A DNA stretch of 63,960 nucleotides, filler included, from an uncultured bacterium (GTDB lineage: Bacteria; Latescibacterota; UBA2968): assembly GCA_964471275.1 (NCBI GenBank). It is 5 parts of 5 records of this genome, joined end to end, with 100 filler letters (N's around TTAATTAATTAA, not from the genome) between each part and the next. Parts side by side here need not be neighbours in the genome. Positions count along the whole stretch, not along the records: positions 14,703 to 29,286 come from CAYYGZ010000113.1; positions 29,387 to 43,767 come from CAYYGZ010000114.1; 3 more parts are not named here. The stretch is one strand, 5' to 3'. Made by a program: the position numbers and the translations under genes. The notes beneath the pieces were generated by a model, which saw only the letters and a list, made by a program, of their open reading frames with translations, was not told the DNA's origin and made no database searches. Positions 21,463 to 32,008 of the stretch are shown one piece after another. Each line of letters opens with the position of its first letter. Position 1 is the stretch's first letter.

Positions 21463-21623
21463 TTCCCATCTCCTTCAGTTTCGCGTGCGTCTATCAACCG
21501 AGCCGATCCCATCCTCTGATTCCATCTGGAACGGCCCGTCCTTCTGGATCGCCCCTTTTAGTACACTCCACTTAAAACGCTCCTCCTGGATCACCCCAAC
21601 AGAAACGCCCTTACCCAGCCGAT

Positions 21624-23582
21624 CTAAACAGCTTCCGTAATCGCCCCTCGCATTTTGAGGATATACTTCGATCGATCCAGCGGAGAAATCCCCTTGTAAT
21701 CTCTGATCACACCCTCCCCGGCGGGACAAGGTTCGTACCCATCGTAACGAAACGCCGACTTCGCGGTTCCTCCCGTCATCGAGCTTAATCGGATCGGTAG
21801 ATCCATGGATGTCGCAAGCGGGATGCGCCCAGACTGAACCACACGACTGCCCCTCGATTCTGCCGGATCCAGAACACCACGTGCGCCAATGACCTCGGAA
21901 GTGACCTTCCCGATGTAGGCCTCCGGAATCTCGATGCGGAAGGCCAGGATCGGCTCCATCAGGATCGTGTCCGTCTCGGTCAATCCACGCAGCATTGCGA
22001 TGTTAGTCGCCAGTTTGAAGTTGCCGGCTCGACTGTGCTGCACGTGATCGCTTCCTTCGACCAGTGTGATCTTCACGTCGGTGGCTTCCCAACCTTTAGG
22101 GCCTTGCTTGAGTGCGCCATCGATGGAACGAACGATCTCCTTCTGAAACCGGGCTTTGATGTCGTTCACCCTGACGTCCGATGAAAACGACACACCGCTT
22201 CCCGGCTCTCCGGGTTCGATCAGATACTTCACGATCGCCCAGCAGGGCTTGGGCATCGTGTATCGCTCGCTGCCGTAGCCGGTCTTCGCAGGAGTCTCCT
22301 TGTAGATCACGATCGGATCATTGAACCGAACCTCGATCCCAAACCGGGTCTTCAGCACTTCGGTCAGGATTTCGGTTTGAACGGCGCCCATGATCTTGAC
22401 GTGCAGTTCCCGCTCGTCATCGAACCAGGAGAAATTCAGGTGCGGATCCTCGCTCGACATTTCGAGAAGAGCTTCAGCAAGACGCGTATGGTCCGCCTCG
22501 TCTGCCGGAATCGCCTGAACGCTGAGTAAGGGTTCGCCCAGTCGGTAGTCTCCGGGAACAGGTCGCGGATCACCCAGGACATCGCCGATCTGCACATCCG
22601 GCATTCCGCAGACGAAGCCAATGTCTCCGGCCTCCAGTACGCCCGTGTCCTCAAACTGTGATCCGAGTGATTTCTTGATCTGCGTAACCTTCTCGTCACG
22701 ATCCGCCATCACGTTGTGTATCGTGTCTCGATTCTCGAGGCGGCCAGCGAAAAGCCTCACTCCGGCGATTCGGCCCAGCTTCGAGTCGTGTTCCAGCCGA
22801 AAGACCACGCCGGATGCCTCATCCTTTTCGGCGCGGGGAACGTCCGGGAAGTAGCTCACAACCTTCTTGAGCAGCAGGTCTACGCCGATGTTGTTCTTCG
22901 CAACCCCGCAGAGGACCGGGAACTGACGGCGCTCGGCCGTGCACCGAGCCAGTGTGGGCTCCAGATCGGGCATTGTCAGTGTCTCTTCGCTCAGATACCG
23001 TTCCAGAAGCTCGTCGTCGTTCGCCGCAACCTGTTCGGCAAGCACCTGCAATCCCTCAGGATCGAGAAACTCGATCGAAGCATCTGAATCACCCTCCCTG
23101 ACCGCCTGATTCAGCAGAACGACGTCGGAGGAGAATCTCTCACGCAATTCTGCAACGACAGCAGCAGAATCGGCTCCCATACGATCGAGCTTGTTGACAA
23201 ACAGGATCACGGGAATATCCAGTGCCTCCAAGGCGTGCCAGATTGTCTCCGTGTGCGCCTGAATCCCCTCGACGGCCGACAGCACAAGAATCGCGCAATC
23301 CAGCACACGAAGTGATCGTTCCACTTCGGCAGCGAAGTCCACGTGTCCTGGCGTATCAATCAGATTGATTTGGACGCCTTGCCAATCGAAGCTAAGGGTC
23401 GTCGCCCGAACAGAAATCCCCCTGCGTTTCTCTACCTCCAAGCCATCAGACAGACTCGTACCCTTGTCGACGTTCCCAGCAGACCGAATCGCCCCGCTCA
23501 GGTAAAGCATATTCTCAGTCACCGTCGTCTTCCCGGCATCGACGTGCGCGAGAATACCCAGATTTCGAATCCGTCTGCTCAT
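21624..23582 (-). CDS. TetM/TetO/TetB(P)-like ribosomal protection GTPase
   Basis: LAHVDAGKTT, RGIS, IDTPGHVDF, NKLD; 652 aa; C-terminal PLDRSKYIL tail typical of RPP-like proteins. Confidence 0.85.
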   Translation of the reverse strand: MSRRIRNLGILAHVDAGKTTVTENMLYLSGAIRSAGNVDKGTSLSDGLEVEKRRGISVRATTLSFDWQGVQINLIDTPGHVDFAAEVERSLRVLDCAILVLSAVEGIQAHTETIWHALEALDIPVILFVNKLDRMGADSAAVVAELRERFSSDVVLLNQAVREGDSDASIEFLDPEGLQVLAEQVAANDDELLERYLSEETLTMPDLEPTLARCTAERRQFPVLCGVAKNNIGVDLLLKKVVSYFPDVPRAEKDEASGVVFRLEHDSKLGRIAGVRLFAGRLENRDTIHNVMADRDEKVTQIKKSLGSQFEDTGVLEAGDIGFVCGMPDVQIGDVLGDPRPVPGDYRLGEPLLSVQAIPADEADHTRLAEALLEMSSEDPHLNFSWFDDERELHVKIMGAVQTEILTEVLKTRFGIEVRFNDPIVIYKETPAKTGYGSERYTMPKPCWAIVKYLIEPGEPGSGVSFSSDVRVNDIKARFQKEIVRSIDGALKQGPKGWEATDVKITLVEGSDHVQHSRAGNFKLATNIAMLRGLTETDTILMEPILAFRIEIPEAYIGKVTSEVIGARGVLDPAESRGSRVVQSGRIPLATSMDLPIRLSSMTGGTAKSAFRYDGYEPCPAGEGVIRDYKGISPLDRSKYILKMRGAITEAV

Positions 23583-23620
23583 ACCCCCAAGATGCCTCGA
23601 TCTGTGTGCAGGAGAACAAC

Positions 23621-24531
23621 CTATCTGGCCAGCTTCGTATCATCCACATCCCGTCCCACATCCACAATCACCTGCAGGCTCGCCTGCGAGCCTGCCTCGT
23701 GTTCGTTCGGTGGATCAGCCAGACTCCACCCGGAACCCGTCACCTTATCGCAGAATGCTCCCGCAAACATTCTTTCCTAACTCTCCCCCAGCGTATCGCT
23801 GAAAACCCTGATCGTCTCGAGCAGAATCTTCCTCTTCTCCGATCGTAACTCCCCACTCTCGAAATCCATCGCATTGCAGATGAACCATCCTACATCCAGG
23901 CAGGATGCCCCGATCACGCCCTTGGGGTCGATCGCCATCCAGCCACGAGATGCATCATCGAGGATATTCCAGTGGTGAAGATCACCGTGCAGAAGCAGCT
24001 GTGGTTCTGCGTCTCTCATCAAAGTGTCCATCATTCCCTGAGCACGTGCCATCTGATCGAGATAGGGTTGTGACCGCTCGATTTCCTTGCAGTTGCGTAT
24101 ATCCCGAAACGCACCGTGCATCCAATCCTGGAAGTGAGGCAGATTGTGGTTGGCCGGTGGTGGCGTCTTATGCAGATCAGGATGCGCCCTGTGATCTCCG
24201 CTCGTTCCTTGCGCTCTGGGTGTTGGGCGAGAGTGGTCCCCGGGCACAATCTCTCCAGCAGCATGGCATTCAGGTCCAGATCCAGATCGATCTGCCGGTT
24301 GATGCCGCGGCCCTCGTAGATCACCAGTGCCTCCATCTCAGTGCTGAAATCCTTGTGCGGCACTGCGACCTTAAGAATCGCCTCTTCGCCCCCCGGCAGC
24401 TTCACATAACCGATGAAGTTACCCTTGATCTCGTCGACAGCTCTGCCCAGTGTCAGCCGCCACTTGTCCCGGCAACGGCCCAGGATGTTCGGCAGTTCCG
24501 CCAACTACGCCTATGCTCTCTGCTTCCCCAC
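23621..24531 (-). pseudogene. APH(6)/StrB-like aminoglycoside-hydroxyurea kinase, disrupted
   Basis: AILKV, AMLLERL.PG, LLHGDLHHWNIL, WMAIDPKG; TAG stops at 24513-24511, 24507-24505 and 23779-23777; frameshift near 24175-24180. Confidence 0.85.
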
Positions 24532-24543
24532 GATCAGGGCTGT

Positions 24544-25713
24544 CTACAGATGCTCGGACAACCAGGGGATCGCCACATCACCTTTGAAGCTGTGATTCGG
24601 CGCATCGACGTTCACGTGCTCGAACCACTCGTCCTGCTTCAATCCCTCCGGGATATCGACGTAGTCGAACCTTCGATCAGTCGCGTGACAATACTTTGGG
24701 TAGAAATGGTAGGCGTAGTTCTTCTGCGCACCCACGATTTCGTAGGCGCGGGCGATCATCTCGAGATGAGCGATTGCTCCGCCTTCGCAGATGATCAATG
24801 GTCTGGGCGCAAGTGAGGCCAGGAGATCGGGAAACTCGAACCATTTCACGAGACCTGGAATGACGTGCCAGAGCGGATTAATGTGCCGCCACGCCTCCTC
24901 GGGTCTTGCCGTAACCGTGTAGCGGATGCGATTGTGAGAGAGGAAGTCATTGAACACGAGCGCGCTGACGCTCGTGTCGAGAAGGGCGATACACATCGCC
25001 GGTTCTGTGCCGAGGGAATGCCCGCTTAGCGTGATTCGGTCCGAATCGACCCACTTCCGGGTCTTCAGCCACTCCAGGATGTGCAGCTTCTGGTAGACGG
25101 AAAGTCCAACGTAATTCCTGCCCAGCATGAGCAACTCACCACACAACTTGTCCCTACCAGTGTTCGGGTTCTGACCGTTGATCGGCATCTCATCGAGCTC
25201 GGCCGTCCCGGGGTTCTCGACGACCACCGCAGCAAAACCAGCCCTCACATAATGAAAGGCCATCTGATTCGCGATCGGGTGTCGGTTCGGCTGCTGCTCA
25301 GACCTGAGTTCGGGCTCACCAGCAAGCAACTCCTTGCTGGACGCTGACCCCGGAAAGCACATTACCGTCCGGCTTGGTTTCGACTCGCCGGCACCGTCTG
25401 GCAGGAGTATCAGAAACGGGACGACACTTCCGGGTTCAGGAAACGCCTCCCACTTCTCGAGACGATACCCCTCTCGCTCCTCACCCCACAGCCGAACCGG
25501 AGCCGGCTGCTCGGGGACGTCGTCAGGCAGACAAAGCAACTCCTGCAGCCTGAGCCGAACCCGCCCCCTCCACTCCTTGAATTCCGCCCTCGACAAGTCC
25601 GGATCAAACCCAAGCCTGGCCTTGCCCGTCCACATGAGATGATGGGCGAATCCCATCGTACTCACATACCGCCCGTCCTCTCTACCGCTCTTGTACACCC
25701 TAGACTCATCCAT
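24544..25713 (-). CDS. Alpha/beta hydrolase (Abhydrolase_7/acetyl-esterase-like)
   Basis: GHSLG nucleophile elbow, LAPRPL. Confidence 0.8.
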   Translation of the reverse strand: MDESRVYKSGREDGRYVSTMGFAHHLMWTGKARLGFDPDLSRAEFKEWRGRVRLRLQELLCLPDDVPEQPAPVRLWGEEREGYRLEKWEAFPEPGSVVPFLILLPDGAGESKPSRTVMCFPGSASSKELLAGEPELRSEQQPNRHPIANQMAFHYVRAGFAAVVVENPGTAELDEMPINGQNPNTGRDKLCGELLMLGRNYVGLSVYQKLHILEWLKTRKWVDSDRITLSGHSLGTEPAMCIALLDTSVSALVFNDFLSHNRIRYTVTARPEEAWRHINPLWHVIPGLVKWFEFPDLLASLAPRPLIICEGGAIAHLEMIARAYEIVGAQKNYAYHFYPKYCHATDRRFDYVDIPEGLKQDEWFEHVNVDAPNHSFKGDVAIPWLSEHL

Positions 25714-25789
25714 GTCCTATCCCCAACCGACATCTAATCGACCCACCCCCCCCTACACACCCGACTTCCTGCTTCCTTCTTTCCCACCC

Positions 25790-26651
25790 TTATGCCTTCC
25801 ACCCCACATCTATACTCGTATACCCGTCCGTATACCGATGCAAGTGATCGGGCAACGCCGCCAGGAACCGCTTCCCGCTCTCCGGCATCTCCCAAGGGAT
25901 GTCGATCTTGTGCTTTCGATCCCGGAAACCGATCGCACACGAGAGTCTGACCNNNNNNNNNNAAAGCCCAGTGATAGGTTCGATGAGCGAAAACGATCAT
26001 GTCACCCGGATTCGTGAATAATGGGACACTCCCGGGTACGTTGGGTTCGATATACCGTGTCTCGTCCTGCCCCGCCGGGTAGAACGAACGTCGGTCCGCT
26101 GTCATGCAGAACCCTTCCGGACCCTCCCAGCCATCTACGTGAGAGCCTTCGATCACGCACAACCCACCGTGCACGGGGCGCGATCCCGTGATATAGAACC
26201 ACTTGCCCGACGGCCACATCCCGGAATTCAGGACCTCACTGGAATTCTGTGGGGGGCCTTCGTTGAACCCGCACCAGTCCGAGTGCCATTGCAGTGGTGT
26301 GGATCCGGGCATGCGGATGATCGCCGCAGACCTGTGAATGGTTAGTTCGTCTGTACCGATCAGGTGGCGATGGATCGCCATGAACGCCTCATTCTCGAGA
26401 AGCGACCAGGCACCCGGGCCCGATTCGATCCAGGCGTGTCGCGTCCGGCTCTGTCCTCGTCCCAGTGTCCTCTCCGGATCCGTCCCGTCCCACACGGCCT
26501 GCTTCAATCCGGCTACCACATCATCCGGTAGCACATCCTTGATGACCGCGAAACCGTGCGCATCCAGACACGCTGACATCTTGCCCAACTCATCGGACGA
26601 GAATTCATACCTGTAGCCCGGGTCAGGCTTCTCAATAGCTGCTTGATCCAC
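25790..26651 (-). CDS. PhyH family dioxygenase (spans 10-N gap)
   Basis: HGFAVI, WHSD, IEGSH, TYH; after the gap at 25953-25962 the plausible frame is VRLSCAIGFR...GWKA* ending at 25790; GTG 26651 with GGAG. Confidence 0.8.
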
Positions 26652-26730
26652 GTTTGCTCCCGTTGATCTGGAAACTGCGGTTGCTGGCAAGATGTAGGGT
26701 AAGATAGGTGGCTCAACAACAGGAGCAAGC

Positions 26731-27045
26731 TCAGACGTAGCGATCGATTTCAACGAAGCTGCACAAGCGCGCCCAGTCTGGAGTATTCACAGACAATCAA
26801 CGGGCCTGTCTCCGTGCGCCCAGACTGACGCCGTGGTCGATGGGATCGCCCTGCTCTGTTGTACTGCGGGGACTGTACACGCCTTATTGAAGGGTGACCG
26901 GCAAGCGAGTCGGCATTGCCAGTAGCGCCCTTCGATACGTCAAGACATCTACCACCTTCGCCGGCACGGATTGCTGATCAGCTACGTGCCTGCGGGTAAC
27001 GCCCTCGATCCGATGCGGCGAAGCATCCGACTCCAACGAATCTGA
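26731..27045 (+). ncRNA. Candidate structured RNA or repeat element, copy A
   Basis: Nested helices found by eye, G-U wobbles favour the + strand, no ORF of 60 aa or more; homologue at 52013-52202. Confidence 0.5.
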
Positions 27046-27171
27046 ACGGTAAACACCATTCTGAATCAGTACACACTAGGACTGGAGAGATGAGATGACA
27101 GAGGCAAAGCCTGGGTCCCTCATCTGTTTACCGCCTCTTGTCTCTGCCCTCTCCCTTCTCACGCTCCCCGA

Positions 27172-28692
27172 CTACCGCATCTCCTGCTCCTTCAGCCAGT
27201 TCAGCTGCGGCCAATGAAGCGGACCCGTATTTGGTTGGGGTTCGCCAGGCGTACTCCTCCCGTCCTTCACATAGCGAGTCAGCAAATCGCGCAATTCGTC
27301 CACGATGTCAGGACGATCCGCGACGACATTCTGTCGCTCGCCGACGTCCCCCGCCAGATCATATAACTGTATGGCGGGACTCCCTAAGGGTTCGTCGTCC
27401 GGTTTCGGATAGCTCCACCCACCGGACCCGGGACACATCTCCAGCTTCCACCGACCTTTCCGGACGGAGAACGAACCGTTCACCGAAGAGTGAACGGTCG
27501 CCTCTCTGAGCGGGGACGAGAATTCCGTGCCCGACCAAACCGGCACGTTGCTGACGCTGTCTTCCGCCGCACTGTCTGGCAGTTCGACACCCACGATTTC
27601 AGCCACGGTTGCCATCAGATCTGCGAGGCAAACCGTTTCATCACACGACGACCCGGCCTCTATACCTTCGGGCCATCTGACCAGCAACGGAATCCGATGT
27701 CCGCCCTCGTAGATGTCCGCCTTATGCCCGCGAAAATGGTAACTCGGCAAATGTCCCATCGCGGCAAGGTGGGCAAAATCCGCCTTGGGTGAGCACCCGT
27801 TGTCTGCGGAAAAGACAACAATTGTGTTGTCTGTCAGATCGCAATCCGCCAGTGCCTTCATCACCTGCCCGACCGTCCAATCCACCTGCAGACAGAAATC
27901 ACCATAGGCATTCGTTGCGGACTTGCCATCGAACTCGGGGGTCGGCAGAATGGGTGTGTGGGGAGCGGGCAAGGGGAAGTAGACAAAGAATGGATCGTTC
28001 CTGTTGTCACGGATATACTGACAAACGCGCGAGGTCAGATTCGGGAGAACCTCTTCGTGCACAAAGTCGGATCCCGTCGGGCCCTTCCGCCACATCTCCA
28101 TCCCTCGACCGTGCGTCTCCCTGTCAGGCAAAGCCGTGACCCGATCATCTTCCACATACACATATGGGGGCATATCCAGCGAAGCCGCGATCCCGTAGAA
28201 ATGATCGAACCCACGCGTAGTCGGCCCGTTGCCGATTGGTTCGCTGAAATCCACATCCATTTCATCGGTAGCTCTGTCGGCGCTGAACGTATTGTTCTCT
28301 TCCGCCTCTGCCTCCCCTCCCTCACTCCCTCCGCCAACCTTTTGCCAATCCCATCCCAGATGCCACTTCCCAAAACAAGCCGTCTTGTATCCATCTTTCT
28401 TCAGCATCGCCGGAACCGTCAATCGATCCGATTCAATCAACGCCGCCGAGTAGCCCCACGACACGCCGCTCTTCAATGTTGATCGCCAGTTATACCGCCC
28501 TGTCAGGATGCTGTATCTGGATGGCGTGCAGACCGCAGAACTCGAGTGTCCATCCGTAAACGCCATCCCCCCATCTCGAAGCTGATCCAGATGCTCGGTT
28601 CGAATCTTCGACTCTGCGTTCAGACAGGACAGATCCCCATATCCCATGTCATCTGCAAGGATGTACACAATATTCGGTTTCTCTTTGCGCAC
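27172..28692 (-). CDS. Arylsulfatase A-like sulfatase
   Basis: PNIVYILADDMGYGD, CTPSR FGly motif, GKWHLG; GTG 28692 preferred. Confidence 0.93.
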   Translation of the reverse strand: MRKEKPNIVYILADDMGYGDLSCLNAESKIRTEHLDQLRDGGMAFTDGHSSSAVCTPSRYSILTGRYNWRSTLKSGVSWGYSAALIESDRLTVPAMLKKDGYKTACFGKWHLGWDWQKVGGGSEGGEAEAEENNTFSADRATDEMDVDFSEPIGNGPTTRGFDHFYGIAASLDMPPYVYVEDDRVTALPDRETHGRGMEMWRKGPTGSDFVHEEVLPNLTSRVCQYIRDNRNDPFFVYFPLPAPHTPILPTPEFDGKSATNAYGDFCLQVDWTVGQVMKALADCDLTDNTIVVFSADNGCSPKADFAHLAAMGHLPSYHFRGHKADIYEGGHRIPLLVRWPEGIEAGSSCDETVCLADLMATVAEIVGVELPDSAAEDSVSNVPVWSGTEFSSPLREATVHSSVNGSFSVRKGRWKLEMCPGSGGWSYPKPDDEPLGSPAIQLYDLAGDVGERQNVVADRPDIVDELRDLLTRYVKDGRSTPGEPQPNTGPLHWPQLNWLKEQEMR

Positions 28693-29006
28693 GCTCTTCT
28701 CTCCCTTCCTCTTCCAGGCTCTGACAATGGAGCCTGACACTCACGAGATTGTCTACACCAAGCCACAATACGATGAGACACACAGAATATCAACGAACCT
28801 GCCGCATACAGTGATGACCTGTAACGACCGTGGCAAAGAAACCACACCTTCAGGCCACCTGAGAATGTTTATATCCTACGTGAAAACAATCACTTACACG
28901 TCAACCACAGAGCCTTCAGCATTGGCACACACGTTGCAATGCCATCCCCCGAGCAATCGTGATCGCCACGGGGGTGATCAAATCAGACCCAGACAGGGAG
29001 ACAGAC

Positions 29007-29286
29007 ATGAAACGTGCACCAATCGGCATCCTTGGTATCATCCTCACGCTCATCGCCGGTCCTGCCTCAGCCGGGTCCTTGGGCCAGACGCTCGGAGCAG
29101 ACAGACAGATCGTATCGGTAAGCCCGGAAAAGTTGATCCTGAAGGATCCTATGATCGGGGGTCTCCTGTCCGCGAGCCTGCCCGGTCTGGGTCAGATATA
29201 TGCGGGACAACGAACCAAGGGTCTGCTATTCCTCGTGAGCACAATGGGCGCCTTCACCAGTGCATATGCGTTCGTCGAACCCGCAG
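29007..29286 (+). CDS. Exported/membrane protein with TM2-like LPGLGQIY motif, cut by gap
   Basis: GGGAG RBS, signal-peptide-like N-terminus, KDP...LLSA.LPGLGQIYAG. Confidence 0.65.
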
Positions 29287-29386
29287 NNNNNNNNNNNNNN
29301 NNNNNNNNNNNNNNNNNNNNNNNNNNNNNNTTAATTAATTAANNNNNNNNNNNNNNNNNNNNNNNNNNNNNNNNNNNNNNNNNNNN

Positions 29387-29467
29387 GGCATATCTCTGAA
29401 TGCGACAGCATTCCTGAAATGAGCGCTACCGCTATTTCATATCTCTGTTCTTTAGTGAACTTCGGAT
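29387..29467 (-). mobile_element. Possible IS3-family OrfA (HTH) N-terminal fragment
   Basis: KFTKEQRYEIAVALISGMLSHSEIC resembles transposase HTH starts; AT-richer; runs into gap. Confidence 0.45.
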
Positions 29468-29712
29468 CTAGTGTCAAGGATCCCCCCCTTATGATTACAA
29501 CACTATAGGAGGCCTCACTCATTCAGGAGGCCAATATGCGGGTTTGGTAGAGGGCAATGCTTTGCAAACTCGGGGTTGGGGAAGAGAATAGGGCAATGTC
29601 TAGCGCGGAGAGTGCTCTTCGATACGACGCGTATCAATGTGTGGGAATCCAGGAATTCTGCATCAAGTGAGCTACGGCGACACTCAGGGCAAGACGGTGT
29701 AGGTCGGCGACG

Positions 29713-30990
29713 TCAGTGTTGGATGAGGTGGAAGGTGGTTTGGCGGCCGGCGAGGTAGGTGACACCGGATTCGGTGATGGCGGCGTCTTGTTCGAGCATG
29801 AAGCGGACCGGCTGGTCGTCCCATTCTGGGACCTGGAGTTCGGTGGAGAGCTCGACGGTGTAGACGGTGTTGGGATGCATGATGACGTCACCTCGACCGG
29901 GGATGTTGCCCTGCTCCCAGGGGAGGCCCATCAGGGGGCCGGGCTCGTGGAGGCAGTGGCCCAGGGAGTGAGAATAGATCTTCGGACCCCGGATGCCGGA
30001 TTCGTGCGCTCGAGCAAGCGCGTCGGATAGGATTTCGTTGCCGCTGCTTCCGAGTGACCACGCGGACGTGAAGATGTCCTGCAGCCGGTTGGATTCCTCC
30101 ATTCCCTCGCGCAGCCCAGCCGGCGCTTCTGTTTCATCCGGTCGCAGGATGTAGGCGAGTTCCTGATGATCGGTTATGAGCCGGAGATAGTTCACGCCGA
30201 CGTCGCAATGGAGCATGTCGCCGTGTCGGATGACAAGGTCATCCGTCGGGTTGTGGTCGGTGTCCGCTGGGCTTCTGAAGATGCGGAAGTACGGTGTGAA
30301 ACTGGGGGGCAGGCCTTGGTCTGACGCCAACTGCCAGTATGCCCATACCAGGTCCTCGGTTGTGGTCACACCAGGCGTAATCGTATCCTGTGAGAAGCAG
30401 GTCGCGATGATGTGACGCCCGATCGCGCAGGCATTGTCATATTGCTGAAGCTCTTCGGGTAGCCGGGTTTCCAGCCAGCGGATGCAGAGCCCCTCTGCAG
30501 ACGTCAGTTTGGCTGCATGATCGGCTCCGATTTCTTTGATCAACCTTTCCTTCAGCGCAGCTGTCAGCCCATCTGCCGCCCAGATCGTGTCGGATGTGTT
30601 GATGCCGATTCGCTCCGGTCTTCGATCATCCATCATTCTCCGAAGCAGATTCCACTGATCGCTGGCAGACTCAGGCGTCCATTCCGCTTTCTCCATCAGC
30701 CCACGCATGTTCGTCATGGACAGGTTGATGCGTTCGATCGGCAGTTCGTTCCCGGGATCGAAGAACACCTGAATCTGCAGGATCGGTGTCCACGATTGCC
30801 AGGGGATCATTGTGCGAAAAACCGGGTCGTGGTTGTCCTCGTGGCAGACAATCAACCAGCAATCGATGGCCGTTTCACGCATGATCTGCGGAAGCAGCGT
30901 TTCGAAACGTCGAAGCAGGATGTCGTTTACGACTCTAGCTTGTTCACGGATGGGGAGAACGTTCGGTCCTGCCCAGGTTGCATCAGCCAT
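29713..30990 (-). CDS. M24 family metallopeptidase
   Basis: GDMLHCDVG..Y..L.TD.Q, YSHSLG..LH.PGP, ELS, LEQD metal ligands. Confidence 0.88.
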   Translation of the reverse strand: MADATWAGPNVLPIREQARVVNDILLRRFETLLPQIMRETAIDCWLIVCHEDNHDPVFRTMIPWQSWTPILQIQVFFDPGNELPIERINLSMTNMRGLMEKAEWTPESASDQWNLLRRMMDDRRPERIGINTSDTIWAADGLTAALKERLIKEIGADHAAKLTSAEGLCIRWLETRLPEELQQYDNACAIGRHIIATCFSQDTITPGVTTTEDLVWAYWQLASDQGLPPSFTPYFRIFRSPADTDHNPTDDLVIRHGDMLHCDVGVNYLRLITDHQELAYILRPDETEAPAGLREGMEESNRLQDIFTSAWSLGSSGNEILSDALARAHESGIRGPKIYSHSLGHCLHEPGPLMGLPWEQGNIPGRGDVIMHPNTVYTVELSTELQVPEWDDQPVRFMLEQDAAITESGVTYLAGRQTTFHLIQH

Positions 30991-30993
30991 GTT

Positions 30994-31794
30994 TCAGTCC
31001 AGTGACCCGAGCACGTCGGTCAAGAGACGGAGTCCCTTCAGCATCCCTTTCTGACCTTTCCAGTGCTCGATGGTGGCGAATCCCTCGTAGCCATCTCTAT
31101 GCAGCTTTCGGATCGTGTCAGTGTGTGTCTCTCCCGTGTCTCCCACGGGGTCCATTTCTCCCCTATCGTTTGGTTTGATGTGGATGTCTTGAATCAGGTC
31201 TTTGATATGCTCATATCCCCCCGAGGGCACCTCTCCGACTCGCCAACCCGTATCGATTTCCCAGATCACTCTTGCCGCAGGTGAATCGAGAGCGTCGATA
31301 ATCCTGCGGGTGTCTGCTGCAGAGCGAGCGATGGTGCTGTTTACCACCTCGAAACACATCGTCAAGCCTTCTGCTTCTGCGTGCCTTACTGAAGGTGCCA
31401 GGTTCTCGACGATACATTCCAGGTAATCGTCCAGGCGGCCCGGGGAATAATCTATGTGGTCGGCTCCCGTGAAAGGGAAGCAGCGTATGTGGGTCGTGCC
31501 GAGGGCTCTGGCTACTTCAACGGTACGGGCGAAGATGTCGCAGTGTTCGGCAATGGTATCCGGCTCGTCAATGCTGCACTTGGCGAAGGGAGGCATCAGC
31601 ACGCCGATACGCGCACCGAATTTACCAAGGGTGTCCTGTATGCGCGGGATGTCCTCGTCATCGAGCAGCTCGACATTCTTGCCGAAAAGACTTTTCCGTA
31701 GATGCACAGTGTCGACCCCTGCTTCGGCGCCAAGCTCAAGCGCTTCTTCGAGGTCATCGGACATTTCGCTGGTGATGAAACAGGGGGTGATCAC
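30994..31794 (-). CDS. Sugar phosphate isomerase/epimerase (AP_endonuc_2 TIM barrel)
   Basis: IT.E.S.D.EEAL start, IHIK, GYEG.ATIEH. Confidence 0.75.
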   Translation of the reverse strand: MITPCFITSEMSDDLEEALELGAEAGVDTVHLRKSLFGKNVELLDDEDIPRIQDTLGKFGARIGVLMPPFAKCSIDEPDTIAEHCDIFARTVEVARALGTTHIRCFPFTGADHIDYSPGRLDDYLECIVENLAPSVRHAEAEGLTMCFEVVNSTIARSAADTRRIIDALDSPAARVIWEIDTGWRVGEVPSGGYEHIKDLIQDIHIKPNDRGEMDPVGDTGETHTDTIRKLHRDGYEGFATIEHWKGQKGMLKGLRLLTDVLGSLD

Positions 31795-32008
31795 GTGTGC
31801 CGCCTTTCAGATCAGCGAGGGTCGATGGCACGTCACGCGTCAGGCTGCTTTCGCAGGTGGCTTCGAAGACCACGCGAAGTTTGTCGACATAGTCCGGGCT
31901 CGATGCATCGAGCGCGTATTTCATGACCGGATAGTCGTGAAACGCGTCACACAGGACATCCAACGCGTTGCCCATATCCTTGCGATCAAGGTGAACGACC
32001 CGGGTCAT
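31754..32008 (-). pseudogene. Truncated GNAT acetyltransferase (N-terminal part only)
   Basis: ALDVLCDAFHDYPVM resembles a common GNAT N-terminus; no acetyl-CoA motif A; runs into the next gene. Confidence 0.5.

Noticed and set aside
25734..25962. Apparent odd C-terminus or frameshift of the PhyH gene
   Set aside because: Caused by the arbitrary 10-N gap; another frame gives a normal ending at 25790
26786..26873. Group I intron-like words (TTCACAGAC, CTGCGGGGAC)
   Set aside because: Wrong order for P-Q-R-S, no S element and no interrupted host gene
26895..26925. TGA followed by a hairpin as selenocysteine/SECIS
   Set aside because: It aligns to GGA (Gly), not Cys, in copy B, and no start codon with RBS supports that frame
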